This document shows, in pieces, positions 50,400-64,000 of a stretch of 64,000 nt of DNA. A program made the translations under genes and the position numbers. Positions within the stretch are counted from its first letter, which is position 1. Each line of letters starts with the position of its first letter. Origin of the DNA: Obrimoposthia wandeli (Eukaryota); NCBI GenBank assembly GCA_977020255.1, contig CDROCS010001087.1, positions 868,001 through 932,000 of the forward strand, in the 5' to 3' direction. The notes under the pieces were generated by a model. The model worked only from the letters and a program-made list of their open reading frames with translations. It was not told the DNA's origin and ran no database searches.

Positions 50400-53300
50400 A
50401 GATACAAATATTTATGGGTATCAAGTAAGTTATCCCTAAACATTGCCGGTAATAAGTGATTATCTAAACTAACATTTTTACATTCTAAAAAGAAAGAGTC
50501 AGTGTCCTCAGCTGAGATTTTGATCTCACAATTGAATTCTTGTTGATATTTCTCTAATTCTATGTATTGAAGCTCATACATTCTGAGTTTAGAAATGTCT
50601 AAAACCGTTTGACTTATATAACAAGTCGATCGAGACAAATACTCTGTTTTCCTAATAACACTGCTACCAAGTCATCTGCAATTGTAAAACGACGCTTGAA
50701 GTTGTACTTGCTAGTATATGTTATTAGTTTACGGTCATCATTGCAAAACCGTAGATAAATACGTTTCCGCAAGTCCTCTACAGTTTTTCCGAAGATACTA
50801 TTACTTTTTACCTTGTAAAAATCCCGATCGAATTTGCTAGTGGCCAAATTACATTTTCTAGAATTCTTCTCAATATAGTTTTTAAACACAAAGTTTTGAC
50901 TGAAGCTTAAAGCACGATGGATTCGAGTGACTTTCGCTCCCAACTTTAAGTAGAATTGAAGAAGCCGCCAATGCACCACATAATTCAACTTGTCTTCATG
51001 GGTTAACAATAATTTCTTAACCTTTGAATTAGGTAGGCATTGATGAACAGGCGCTACTGGAAGATCACCTAATTTATCATGTACATTGGGAGGGATTTTT
51101 AAGTCAACCTCAACTAAGTAGCTGACGTATGATAAAACTGTATCAACAGTAGCCAAATCTGTCATAAACTTATTCAACTCTTCCTCATCATAAACCCACT
51201 TAAAGTTGGCATGAGATAGAGGTTGAGTAAGCGTCCACCCATACAAATTATTAATGTCGATGTACAGAATCTCCACGGATTGATTTTTGACAACATGATG
51301 TTTGTTGACAAAAGTCATTCCACCGTGTATACCATAATAATATATTTGATACATCGTGGGATCTTGCAGTGACTCGATATTAATATTAAGAGTTTTTATT
51401 GCCGTTACCCATGAAAGACCAGGTAAACTAAAGAAATGCATGGGATCTAGCCCATCTTCTGCTAAAGACATTAAACGAAAGGACTCAAAAACATCAACTA
51501 AAAGATAAATGTCTAACTACATATAATAAAGCATGTAATCTAGAAGATTTCAACAATTATTCTCCCAAAATGTACGGGCCTCATTATAGTCTTGAAGACT
51601 TACACCCTCAAATTAAGTTATGGTGGGATTTTTGTAGTATTTTCTAAATCTGCAAAGGTTTTCACAAATTTATACAGAAAAATCCCCTTATCATTAACCG
51701 AAGCTGGGAACACTGATTAGGTAATTGGCCATGCATTTAAAGATGCCGTTAAATTTTTTAAAGACCCGCTCAAAAACTGCAGAGAATCTATGAATCTTAA
51801 ACTGCAGAAATCAGTATATACAGTTAAAGATAAATATTTCTCTGAAGTTTGAGGTATACATGAAATTTCCCAAGAGCTTAATGTACACAACGCGTATTTA
51901 AGTATATGATGCAAATCATATCCTTTGAGATTATGAAACACGATGGGAATGCGTAGTTTTTTAGGTAGACGACGGCCAAGAATACAGAGGTTGCACTCCA
52001 CTCTCAAGTATCGTCCTATAACATGATCGTGATCTCTGACTAACTTAGACTGGGTTCCACACAAATAACATAATCTACAAGAATTAAAATTAATCCAGTC
52101 TATGCCTTTCATGATCATTGCTTGATTAGCATTAAGATCATACCACGGTTTGACAATTGTAGTTCCTAATTCTTCTGAGTTTAACATAAAATCTAAAATA
52201 CAATTTGGACCGGAAAATGTATGATACTGTGTAATATTGGGGCTTAAGAATAATAGGCCTGCCGAAGCCGGTATGTGAATACTCTCATACTGATCGTGCA
52301 ATGCTAGAATTGACTCAAAATCAAAATACACCCTGAATTCCACGGTTACGCATTTTGCCCAATACTTGAATTTTAAATCCTTATCCTTAGGCATGCTATA
52401 TAGCGTATTGTCATCAGGATTCAGTGAACATAATTTCAGGTGTTTGCTGTAAGATAGCTCGGATTGGAATCCATGCAAACATATATGACACCACTTACAT
52501 CTTATCGTAACCGGTAAGGCTCCATTATCTAAATTTAGAAGACGATCTAAATTGGGAATTGCAGCATAGTGGAATTTTTTATTATGTTCGAGCAAAATGA
52601 AGTTGACCTGAGTCTCCTCATTTTTGCTCCTATAAATTACATCTACAAAATGTTTTTTTTTAATTTCTTCATCTGTTACATTAACTGAGATATTAGTATT
52701 ATATTTGAATACATTAATATTCAAGTTATTAAGGTGTTCAAATCTTGATATCGCAGTTAATTTAACAGGAAAATCTATTCCATGATACTGCAATTCATTT
52801 AAAAAAGGGGTATATTTACTGACACGCTCTCTATGTTCAGTAATTACACCCCTTTTGAGGATGGCCAACACGCTATACAGAAAGCAAAGGTTATCACTGT
52901 TTTGTACGTTAACAATGGAATGTGAAAGTTGAAGAGATCTAGGTGAAGGAATGTATGAACTCCCCGAAAGATATATCATGTCAGTGAACTTTGTTAGAAC
53001 AAAGCTAACATCGTGAATTCTTACCAGAGTCCATCCACTACTTAACTCGCTATAATTAGCAATTTTCTTTCATCTAGGTTTCTTCCAATTTCAGTTACAA
53101 AATTATGATAGAAAACAGTTGCTTTATGTGAAATTACCCAAGTTTTAGTTTCCTCATTGAAATTTTTAAACTGCACTGTTGCGCAAAATTGAACCTTAGC
53201 CTGTCCTAATTTAGTCAATTTTGATTTTAAAAGACTTTTAATATTTGAATCTACACCTACGTTTAATAAAATTTCATTTCCTAATGGCACCTTAACTATA

Positions 53301-54337
53301 ACATATTTATTATTTAGGTGATACTCTATAGTAGCACCGTTTTCTCTACGTTTTTTTGGTGGGACCTTATTAAGAAATTGGCCTCGCCACTTTCTTCCTA
53401 CAGTCGCTGACAAACCTCCCCTTAATTGAACGGGAAGACAACTATTTATATTAACAGTTGACACAAACGCAGCTAAGATTGAAGGTGCTGCTGTTGGACA
53501 TGCTGCCGATGTTGAGGCAATCGCAGCTGATGTAGTAGATGCTGCTGTAGTAGATGCTACAGATAAATATATTTTTAAAAATTATTACCTCTAAGGCGTG
53601 TTAACATCGATGTAGGCACTCGCGATAGGGACGCATAGCTGTCGTAGCGGATGACGGCTGTATCAATGAATTTCCTGAATAAAAAAATTAAAATAAAATA
53701 TATATATTTAATTACAATTTAAAAAAAGAATCTGAAAAATAATAATTAAAAATACCTAATGAAGGCAATCCAACTGGAGCTGGAATGAAGTTATCTTCAT
53801 TGACAGAATCCATCCAGCTGTCGTCTGTTATCTCGACGAAATCGGATTCCTCGATGGTCTCCAACCAGGAGTTATCGCTCTATTGCTCCATCTCGAAATC
53901 TGACTGGGATATGTCGTTCATCCACTCATTGTTATTCATTTGAGTGGATGGGGCATAATCAGAAGACTGGAGACCAATCGCAGTACCGTAAACGGGTTGA
54001 TCGTCTGCAACTGGAATTGGAGTAGGTGCGGCCTGTGAATCGCGCACCAAATGTACGATATCCCTCTTCTTGTTGTTGGCCGTGAAACAGAATAGGTGAA
54101 CTCGATGTTCACCGAAGAAGTCTCGAAACTCCTTCTCCTTCATTGTTCTGCAGAAGGGGGAGGCAAAGAATTGAAGCTCGCAAGACTTTGTCCGATAGTA
54201 GGCAGACATTATCTCCATGCAGGACTCTCCTCCATGCGGAGCCAAAGCACCACAATATGCTGGAAACAGGATACAAGTAATCTGAAATAATAAATATTAA
54301 TAAAGAAATAATAAGTATAGATTCTTACCATAGGCAT
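50400..54337 (-). pseudogene. Spliced family-B DNA polymerase with embedded endonuclease-VII-like zinc module
   Basis: GSSYIPSP..NVQNSDNLCFLYS; VYFDFES; CYLC..RDHDHVIG..CNLC; IVFHNLKGYDLH; FIDSLQF; GLDP.HFFSLPGLSW; YIDINNLYGW; K..SNSIFGK; EDTDSFF. Introns at 54282-54328, 53675-53755 and 53557-53588. Frameshifts, stops and a 3' truncation are present. Confidence 0.9.
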
Positions 54338-54539
54338 TATTTAAAATATTGTCGGGGATTTTAATGAAGAAAGTGTTTGCTTATATACTAAAATTTATGC
54401 ACACATGCTCTTTTCCTATTGGATTAAAAAATTGAATTTTATTGAGAAGAATTGTTTATATATTAAATGGTCTAAAAAATTATTTTTTATTCCTCCAATC
54501 AAAATAATTATTTATAATTGAATGAAAATTATGAATTAG

Positions 54540-55094
54540 AAGAATTGTTTATCTACATGTCAAGTAATAATAAGATAGACTTAAACATTTTTTATATGCG
54601 CAATGGTCACCATGACTACGATATGGACAGCAAATATTTCGTGGAATTTTTAATAGATGATCACGTGAAATATTTAAAGTATTCAACCTCAATTTGGAAA
54701 AATATTTTTTTAAAGTCTTATACTTTTTGCCATCCATTTCATCTAAAACATAAAAAATTCAATTTTCAATATCAAAATTCAATTTTATTGTATCGAAAAT
54801 ACATATTTCACAAAAAGCCTTATGTCCTTCTTTCCATTTTAATAAATAAAAATAATAAGTTAGATATAAATTAGTAAATTTTTTCTTATAATCTAAACTC
54901 TTAAACGGGATATCTATTTGAAATATGAAAATCAATGGATGGAAAACGTCGCATACATCCATAATACACAATTCTTTTATAATATAATCACCATTTTTGT
55001 TAATGAAAGCCTCAAATTCTATGATATATTCCTGCATAATTACCCAAATTTGTAGCAAATCCAATTGTTTATAACGAAAATAACCATTAATCAA
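54540..55094 (-). pseudogene. DEDD/DnaQ-like exonuclease-fold accessory protein
   Basis: YIIEFEAF..YIIKELCI..K.TNLYLT..LKWKEG; after a frameshift, CPYRSHGDHCAYKKC. The family pattern is recalled, not searched. Confidence 0.5.
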
Positions 55095-55403
55095 AAATTT
55101 ATTAAAATAACAAAGTACTCAGGATTCAGTCTTTCATGTTAAGATTGGTATATATTGTCAATTCTCCTATGAATATTAAAATATATTATAATAAATGTAA
55201 ACATACATAAATATTTCGAAATTAATTTACATATTTTATCTCCAAGTATCTCCGGAGTATCATTTTCTGAAAAGTAATTTTTTTATAATCTTCCATTAAA
55301 TCTGGAGATAATTTTATGTATAATTTATTCCAATTTTTATTATCCATCTTACAAAAAACATTATATATAAATTTGTTTATATTTAGACAAATATGTAACA
55401 TAA

Positions 55404-55735
55404 TCAAAAAAGACAAAATAATAATAAAAAAAAACACTCTTCCGGTTTAATCTGGATGATTCTCTTTCTTGCTGCTCGACGATTATCCTCCATCTCTTCT
55501 CTTCTTTTTTCATCCACCTTCTTCTTTTCCATTTCGATCTTCTTATTCCACTCCACGACCCTACGTCGTTCTGCTAGCCTCCTAACTTGTATATCCACCC
55601 GACGATTCCACTCGGTCGCGACAACAGTATACAGATTCTGATTAAGGACCCTCTTTCTTAAGTCTCCTTTCTTCTAATTTATTCTGATGTTTGCTTCTAT
55701 CTTCGTTACCAGACTCTTCATTTTAATGAATTCCA
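55404..55735 (-). pseudogene. Small R/K/E-rich helical ORF
   Basis: MEFIKMKSL..*..EWNRRVDIQVRRLAERRRVVEWNKKIEMEKKK; one stop. Confidence 0.35.
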
Positions 55736-55960
55736 TTTTTTAATTATGAAGAGGTTAATAAATTTGAACCTATATATATAAATTTAAGATATTTTTTAAT
55801 CCAATTAAATGATATATTTTTATTTATCAAATGAAAGTTTAATAAATCTATAACTCATCATTGCATATAACTTATCACCTAATAAACTTAAAGATAGTAT
55901 TTTAATATTTCTAAATTTCAATTTAAAAAAAAATAAATATTAGGAAGAAAACACATGAAA

Positions 55961-57476
55961 TTAATTTTTATAAATTATATTCTTAAAAATCTTTACAAAG
56001 TCATCATTGGGATCATCCTCATCGAAATCCCTTCGACTAAGTATTATTGGAGAAAGCGGTACTGGCTCCTTCTTCTTTGGCCGGCCCGGTTTCTTTTTCG
56101 GCTTCACCGGATGTTGTACAGCAATTGATCTTCCCTCAGGTTTTGGCCCCCTTTGTCCCCCCATAGCCTTCCTCTTCCGTGGGGCTTTCTTCTGTTTCTC
56201 CTCCTTCTCACGCTGAAGCTGGCGTGAGACGGCATCCTGTTGCCCTCGCGAATCTGGAAGCATTGTCGGTGTATCCAGTTCCGCCAGGAATTCATCTACT
56301 CCAGCTTCATCCCAGGCCCTCTTCAAGTTCTGGCTGGTTGTTGGAGATGCAGTCTTCCCAGCCCTGGCCAAATTTGATGTCTCCTGTAGGCGTCGTTGAC
56401 TTGACGGCGGACTAATCTCGATCGGCGAGACTGGGATCCTCTCGTATAGAATTGGCCCGTCGTCCACTGGAGATGGGGAATCTCCTGCCGTCCAATCACC
56501 GTCTCAGAAGAATGGCGAATTGAGGTGGAACATTTTCTCGAGCGCTTCGTCTTCTTCACCTCTGCTCGCTTCGTCTGTTTCTTGGGGAAAGGAGTAATTT
56601 CTCCCCATTTCTCCTCAATTATCTGGACGGGTTCCTGCAAAATATTAATAACATTTAAACATATAAATAATTTACCTCAATGACGGGCAGGTTAGCCTGT
56701 TTCACCAACTTGGCCTTCTTCCGAGTGTGGGTTTTGACCCGATGGCGTTGCGGTTTCTTAACTGCCGCTTGCTTTCTATCCACCAGTTGAATAGGCGTCG
56801 CTTCTTCGAGAATATTCTCTATCTATGTGAATTATTAAATTTAATATCTAAATAATTTACCTTAAAATTATCTGGAGACGCTAGGTATCGGAGCTGACTC
56901 CTTGGCAGCTCCTGGCTGCATTGACTCGCCAAGTACTGCAGTTCTATGAGCCTCTCCGCATTGGTCACTGACGGTGCCAAATCCAGTTGAAGTTTCTGAA
57001 AATGAAATTAAAATACATTTAAAATAAATGATGTCTAACCTCATTCGTCGGTTTTATTCTCCTAACAGGAGATTTCGGCCTTTTGAATGGTTCAGGCGTT
57101 GTATTATCCGCTTTCGGAGTAGCAGAAGGAGTGAGACCATCCCAATCGTTGGTGAACAGGTGCCACTCGTCCTCGTCCAATTCTGCCACCATCGAATCGT
57201 TGGCTCCTGACTTTTCAGGTCAATATATTGGGATCTCTGTACCCCACCTCTCACGTCCATTGGTTCTTCTCTTGGAGTTGAGCTGGCCAATGAGGCTTCT
57301 TCTTCCAACAGGTCCGCTCTTGCTGCTGCTTCTCCTTCGCTCACCACCGATGAGACTTGACTATGTAAGTCAATGTATTGCGACGGTGGTGGCGTTCGCT
57401 GCTGCACTGGAGAGATATTCCCATACAGTTGAACCTCCGTCTCTTCGTCTAGGTCAACGTTGTTGTAGAATGGCAT
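55961..57476 (-). pseudogene. Four-exon Pro/Ser/basic low-complexity Polinton gene
   Basis: Phase-0 GT-AG introns at 56996-57039, 56823-56860 and 56635-56675 link open exons (..IKPTNE|KLQLD..DNFK|IENIL..PVIE|EPVQII..). Frameshifts occur in the first and last exons. Confidence 0.65.
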
Positions 57477-57785
57477 TGTTGATTTATGAAAAATAATGAA
57501 TGGAGGTGTCTTTATATACACAAACATCTTACTAACCCTCTTTTATTGTCCAATTAGAGCCATTTATTTTTTGTAATGTTTTTCGTATCTGGAGATTAAG
57601 AATGAAGCCCGCTCCGAAGGGGCGGGCGGTGTGCAGTGTATGTTAGGGGCTTGGGTCTGACATCGGTCATCTACATGTGTAATTGTGAGAGGTAAAGTGA
57701 AAGAAAAATACTGTAGCGCATGTTTTTGTAGTTATTTTCGCGAGAATAGAGCCCACCTCAAAGGAGCGGGCGGTGGGTGTTTCAG

Positions 57786-58256
57786 NNNNNNNNNNNNNNN
57801 NNNNNNNNNNNNNNNNNNNNNNNNNNNNNNNNNNNNNNNNNNNNNNNNNNNNNNNNNNNNNNNNNNNNNNNNNNNNNNNNNNNNNNNNNNNNNNNNNNNN
57901 NNNNNNNNNNNNNNNNNNNNNNNNNNNNNNNNNNNNNNNNNNNNNNNNNNNNNNNNNNNNNNNNNNNNNNNNNNNNNNNNNNNNNNNNNNNNNNNNNNNN
58001 NNNNNNNNNNNNNNNNNNNNNNNNNNNNNNNNNNNNNNNNNNNNNNNNNNNNNNNNNNNNNNNNNNNNNNNNNNNNNNNNNNNNNNNNNNNNNNNNNNNN
58101 NNNNNNNNNNNNNNNNNNNNNNNNNNNNNNNNNNNNNNNNNNNNNNNNNNNNNNNNNNNNNNNNNNNNNNNNNNNNNNNNNNNNNNNNNNNNNNNNNNNN
58201 NNNNNNNNNNNNNNNNNNNNNNNNNNNNNNNNNNNNNNNNNNNNNNNNNNNNNNNN
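57786..58256. other. Assembly gap (471 N)
   Basis: Run of N. Confidence 1.
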
Positions 58257-59339
58257 CACCGCCTCAACGCCCACTACCCACCACCCACCACCCACAATAA
58301 ATATGTATTAAAGTTATTGAATTTTTATGGAATGTTATATTTATTTAGTTTTATTATGTTTTTAAAATATTTGCAATTTACTTTAAGCTTTTCATTGGAT
58401 TTTATTAATTCTATATATTGTGTTTTTTAAGTTTCAGAAACCTTTCTTTCATGCTTGCTTTTTTATATAATGCTAAACTTTACTATTATTATAACTTATA
58501 GTTTTTTTTCCAGAATACGTCATTATTCATTAACAGGAGCCTTTTACGGTAACCAACACAAAAAATATTATTGGATGTTTCATAAAGTTCCATAAATATA
58601 TATGTCGCTAAATTGCAAAAAACAAACAAATATGTGTCAGATTATTAAATATAATAAATGAAATAAATGAAATAATTTACACAATTTGATTTCAAACAGT
58701 CTCTAAAGTCTAGAGAAACGATTGATAGACTTATTGAACTTGTGGTGGGATTTAATTATGTAAAATGCTTCATTAGCGACACTTCGAAATTGATAAATGT
58801 TGCCAGTGTTCCAGAATACTAGGAAGAAATATTGAAATATTCCATTTTTATTAATAGCTAGACTGTCAATTAAGCTAAGAAATTTTAATATTTAATTTCA
58901 CAATTTCCTCGTGAAGTAAAGACGAGAAATGCAGATATATTTTACAAATCTTCAGATGGGTCAACATTTTGAGAGAAAAAAATGTACGAGAAAATAATTC
59001 AAATTGATCATTTATTTTTTGTTCTTGCTTCTTTTTATTGTTGTTCCAAAGTAACTATGGTCTAGAAAATTTTTCACGGCATCGTTCATCGATACTTCAT
59101 CATCGATTTATCTGGTGAACTCTGGTGAACACCATTTCACATCGGGAAGGAATTTAGAAAGTGTGTGTTTTAGGGTATTTTTTGCACAATTCAATGTTTT
59201 AATATACATTGAATTTGAACTTTTTCTTGTGTAAATAAAAAAACACACATCTACAATTTTTATTCAATATTGATTTTTATATTTTATAAAGTAACAGTTT
59301 TTATTTTATTATACAGACAATATATATATTATATATAAT

Positions 59340-59866
59340 AGTTTATTATGGAAAATGTCGATCGGGACATCATAATTTTATATTATGAAAATAACAGGAG
59401 TATAATTTCGACTATTAGAGCCTACAACAGTTTGAAACTGAAAATTTAAAAATAATTCAAAAAGTTGAAAGTGGTGGGAAAATGATAATTGATGACGATG
59501 GTAAAGGATTAGAAGACAGCCCAGAAAGTTTGATGAAACAAAGTAATAATGGATTTTTACTTCTGGGGTTACCTAAAATATAAAGTGTATGAAAAATCGT
59601 TTAACTTGTTGGATCAATTAAAAGAAAGAATTAAATTCTGTATTGAAGAAATGAAACTATTAGATTTCACAAAAGTGATAAAAATGTACCGTTTAGACTT
59701 CAAGCAATTATTGACCAAAATGGCAGACATATTGAACATTATGATAGATTTATATAAGTCCCTTTTTGTCTACAATCTATTTATTATTGTTTTTTTATAA
59801 TATATATATTATATTACTTTATGATTTTAATTTATAATAGTTTGTTTTTCTCTGGGACACTCTCTA
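59340..59866 (+). mobile_element. Tc1/mariner remnant
   Basis: IILYYENNRSIISTIRAY (HTH-like), DFYFWGYLKYKVY..LKERI, and a right end tctgggacactctc-TA resembling a CAGGGTGTCCC TIR. Confidence 0.7.
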
Positions 59867-60417
59867 TATCTAGAGAATAAATTTACTAGTGAACACATAT
59901 GAAAGACAATGAGGTAGTTGATCAAAACGCATTAAACTACACAAGATCGAGAACATCATGACATGGATTGCGTAAGATGAGTTGGGATAAGTAGACTTTC
60001 AAGACCTATGAGAAGACTACAAACACGTGATAAGCTTTTCAGAAGCTGTTTAAGATAAGACAACTTATTTAGAGAATCATTTAATACGTATTTAAAATAC
60101 TCAGTTTGTCTTTAATTATTTTGTCATATTTTTAATTATTATGATCCAAACAGGTTATATTTTGTACTTTTGCCACATTTTGAACATACATAGTCCTTCA
60201 GTTGGCAATATTTATATGGCTTCATTGATACTCAACTTTATATATTACGTAAATGACTTAATTATGTGTAAAAATTAATGTGTACATTGTTATTGTTTAA
60301 ATGGTTTAATTTTAATCCTTTGACTGCTTATAATTAAGTACAATCACTGTGCGACGCTATTTCCATTCGCTTTCGTCATAAATGCATAATCATAGATCAT
60401 CTGTGTTTTTTTTGTAG

Positions 60418-60497
60418 TTGACAGCAGTTGGAGATGGTACGTCTATCGAGTACTCAATCCTAACACCGACGAACAAATCTACTACTCATGGCAGCCG
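60418..60497 (+). other. Candidate host exon
   Basis: ttttttgtag acceptor, gtagg donor, 80 nt, GC-richer, two open frames; product not recognised. Confidence 0.3.
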
Positions 60498-63400
60498 GTA
60501 GGAAAATACTGTTCTACCTTTGTTATGCCCTTGATCTGTGCTATCAGTTTGATCGATTAGCTTTGTTCTGATTGGGCATTGAGGGATTCTACACCAACAT
60601 AATTTTGTATTCGATATTAAACGATTTGAAACCATTTTAGTAAATATTATTGTAACACTTTCAAAGTGTCAGTTAACAAGCGTTGAGAATTGCTATAAGA
60701 AAATATTTGTAAAAATTTTGAATTTGAAATTAGTTAATTTTTTAAAAAAAATCACTAAAATTATCGGAGCAATTTTTAATAAATAAAAAATTAAATATTC
60801 AGCGTTTGAATTAACCGAGGTAAAGAGTATAACTTCTGGAAATGCTAAATCAAACATCCCATTAAATATATTTGATGGTTAAAAATCAACTTAAGTTATG
60901 CTTGATTATGTAAATGAAGTATTTTTATCTCACATACAATAAAGATCCCGCAAGTAGCGAAGTGTATAAATATATCCAAATAGTAAAATAATATTTTAAA
61001 AAAATAAATGGGTTTCAATTACAGATGAATAATTTAGTATATTTTATAGGTCACGCTAATATGTTTACAAATTAAAGGAATGAAGAAATTATTAAAAAAA
61101 TAGTCACCATTCATATTTTATGATATAAATTAACGAAACGTTACTGACAGAGTTATCTCACTAAAATAGCTAATTACTATCATCATGCATTCACAAATGT
61201 TATCGGGTAATGAGTGCTTTAAGCTGTTTACTTGCTAGTCAGTCAATTGTTCGGGCCAATGGTGAGTTTTTTCAGGTTTTCTCCAATTCTATATGTAAAG
61301 ATTAATATAATTTTATTTTTACATATTTTCACACAATATTGTAATAATCATCTTTTTTCACAGTCAAAATGAAGATTTTTCTATTCCTTACCTTTCTCTT
61401 GCATTGCACAATGCATGTAGTTTATTCACCATTCGTGTAAATAACATTTTGCAATATAAATTGCATTTTAAAATAAGAAAGAGCAAAAACTGCGAAAATA
61501 CATTTTGTTTAAATGTAATACCGTACTTTCGCAGTTTCGGTTTCATAATAAACAAATACCAATATGGTATAAATAATGCAATTTCAAATTCACAATAACA
61601 AAAGTTAAATTGATTGTTTATTTTAAGTTTTGGTTTCGGTACTATTTTGTAAAACATGTATTTAGATAAATATATGACAGAAGTTCAATACAATTGATTG
61701 TTTATTTCAAGTTTTGGTTTTGGTACTACTACTATTTTGTAAAACATAACATATGAAGATAATTCTGATATTAAATCTTATATATTATAAAGAATGTCAT
61801 CTAACTTAAATTGGTTGGCCTTTTGAATGGTTTCGCTTGGTTTTTCGAGACAACACTTTCTGCAATTATATCTATTTGTTGAGCCATAAAGCCTCAATAT
61901 TAATTAGTCAGAAAAATAAAATCTCGATGGAAGACTTTATAATTTCCAATTTTTTGTGATAGGTTAAATGCTGCACGGTGAAAAATATCACTTTAAAAAA
62001 TGGTACTCAGTGGATAAAAATACTTAGCCGTAAAAGCCAACAAATTTTAAATGTATCTTAAAAAATTCAAATATATTAAGTGTTATAAATCAGTGTAACT
62101 ACAAAATATAAAGTTAATTATCAAAATTTTAATATAGCATATTTATGAATTTAAAATTATTTTATTTTAAGTTTTTATTTCTTTATTTCATAATATAAGT
62201 TACGTTAGCAATATATTTATAATTCAATAAGACAATTGAAAGCCATCGATGTTGTATTACAGTTTCTATGTTTACGATTTAATATTATTATAACACGTTA
62301 ATATAAAATTCTAACCACAAGCAAATTAGAAATTCATCATAAGCATAATAAGAAACACAAAATAGGAAGCAGCCACAAGAGTGAAACAGTGAGTGATAAA
62401 ATCACGATATGAGATAGAGTCAGACATTGGCGTACAATCATTCTTTAGCTGGTTTATTGAGTTTTATTGAGTCATTGTTCTAAGGAAAACACAATGTAAT
62501 TAAATAAAAATACTAGCTCAACTAATCTGTTACGTTTGACAATAAACAGTTTAATAGATGAGCACCAAATCTACATTTTACCAATTTACTCGAAATATAT
62601 CATATAAAATTTATAAAAATTATTTCGTTTTCAAAATTCACGATATTAAAAAAAAAAGTTAATTGTATTTTCGGGGATCCTTTAAATTACTACCATATAC
62701 CTATAATTTATTATATCTTAAATCTAATGTATATAGACATCGTGTAATAAATAAACTTGAATACATTTTAATTTTTCTCTTCCATATTAGTTAGTGTTTA
62801 AAAATAATGGCGATTTCAAAAGAAGCGAAGAAAATATGTAATCTTCTTATTTCAAAGAACATTTAAAAGACTGGAGAAGCTTTTTAACTATGTAAATTTA
62901 TAAGTCAAATAGAATATATAGCTTTATAGTTCATACATGTAAAATCATTAACACATTATCTTATTATCATTCTTAGTTAAAGAAATTTATGTTAAATTTC
63001 TTTACATTTTGTTGAAATTTTATGTTTTATTGATATTTTCTAGGCGAGTTATCATCTGTTGAAGAAAATATGCCCATATTCTATCCTCTCGAGATGAGTT
63101 ACAGAGCAATTGACGTTTGTCATTTTCTTTAGATAATATTCAGAAACATTCATTGTCAAAATTAATATTTATAAAAAGTGGACATTTTTTATTGACAATG
63201 ATATTTAATTGAAGAAAAAAGAATATAGACAAAACGCTAAAATAGATAATTGGATTCCGACAAAAAATCTCAGATCTCCCTATTCTTTACTGTCCTGTAT
63301 TACTTGTAATCTATACCTTTGAATAAAATATCAATAATAAACTAATACTGTCAGAAATTGATTTTGTAGCGAAATAGTTAATTTAATAAGAAAACGAAGA

Positions 63401-64000
63401 AAAGGAGATAGAAAATATAAAATAATACCAACTCAGGACTCTGGTAGCCTATATTAAACCTTGAAGCAAGTTTATTTCGATTTTTTAAAAAATATATATG
63501 AATTATTATCAACAAATGCTTACAAACAATAGAGAAGAATGTAAGAATGTTTTTAAAGTGATATTTAATTGATTTGATCAAATTGTAAACCCAAATTTAA
63601 TTTAAAAGAATAAATATCAAATTGCAAATAAGTCTGGCACACATTTTCAAAATAAAATGTCGCTCATAGTCGAAAATATCAAAGATAAATATATAGCTAA
63701 TGAATATTTATTTACCGATTAACAATATTCAGCCTGTCACATTATTTAAATGGTTTTAAATAACAGATCAAATCCGTGACATGCAAAAAATACCACATAC
63801 TATTTTTTTACTGAAGAAATGCTTATACTGGCTGTTTAGATAAAAACATGTCAATAATTATAGGTGAATTATTGCGAAAGTGGAAAATGTGCATTCATAA
63901 AACCATTATTCAAAATCAAAAATGGAGGTAAAATAATTCACTAAATTTTTAGACTAATACTATTGAAAAATTATTTCGATATGGTTAGGTATTTATTTAG

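Larger units (their letters stand above)
49575..57785 (-). mobile_element. Internally deleted Polinton/Maverick-like element, copy 2
   Basis: Near-complete PolB with upstream accessory genes and GC-rich ends; homologous to copy 1. Ends are approximate. Confidence 0.85.

Noticed and set aside
56007-57496. Plus-strand ORFs over the four-exon gene
   Set aside because: Antisense shadows in GC-rich coding DNA.
57685-58430. ORFs spanning the N run
   Set aside because: Produced by the assembly gap.

Overview
Very AT-rich eukaryotic DNA, probably from an invertebrate (flatworm-like composition is my guess only). It has short AT-rich GT-AG introns and one 471-nt assembly gap. No intact housekeeping gene is recognisable; the window is mostly mobile DNA. 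(1) Two complementary, internally deleted Polinton/Maverick (adintovirus-like) elements lie in opposite orientation (~1.8-7.2 kb and ~49.6-57.8 kb). Together they carry an endonuclease-VII-containing PolB, an integrase fragment, a packaging ATPase, penton-like and core-like proteins, a TBP-like gene and a DEDD-like ORF. Several of these genes are spliced, and PolB appears to have a multi-exon N-terminal extension. (2) Four scattered major-capsid-like pseudogene pieces. (3) A 460-aa ORF with two tandem CG-1-like (Mutator N-terminal type) domains, present twice in a large inverted duplication. (4) Two ~3-kb TG...CA-bounded LTR-like units whose ends are long diverged inverted arms, ending in a conserved three-helix fold and holding unrelated tandem arrays. 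(5) Decayed Gypsy, Tigger/pogo, mariner and hAT remnants, two tRNA-Leu(TAA) pseudogenes and twin near-perfect hairpins. All family calls come from motif recognition by eye; no searches were run.
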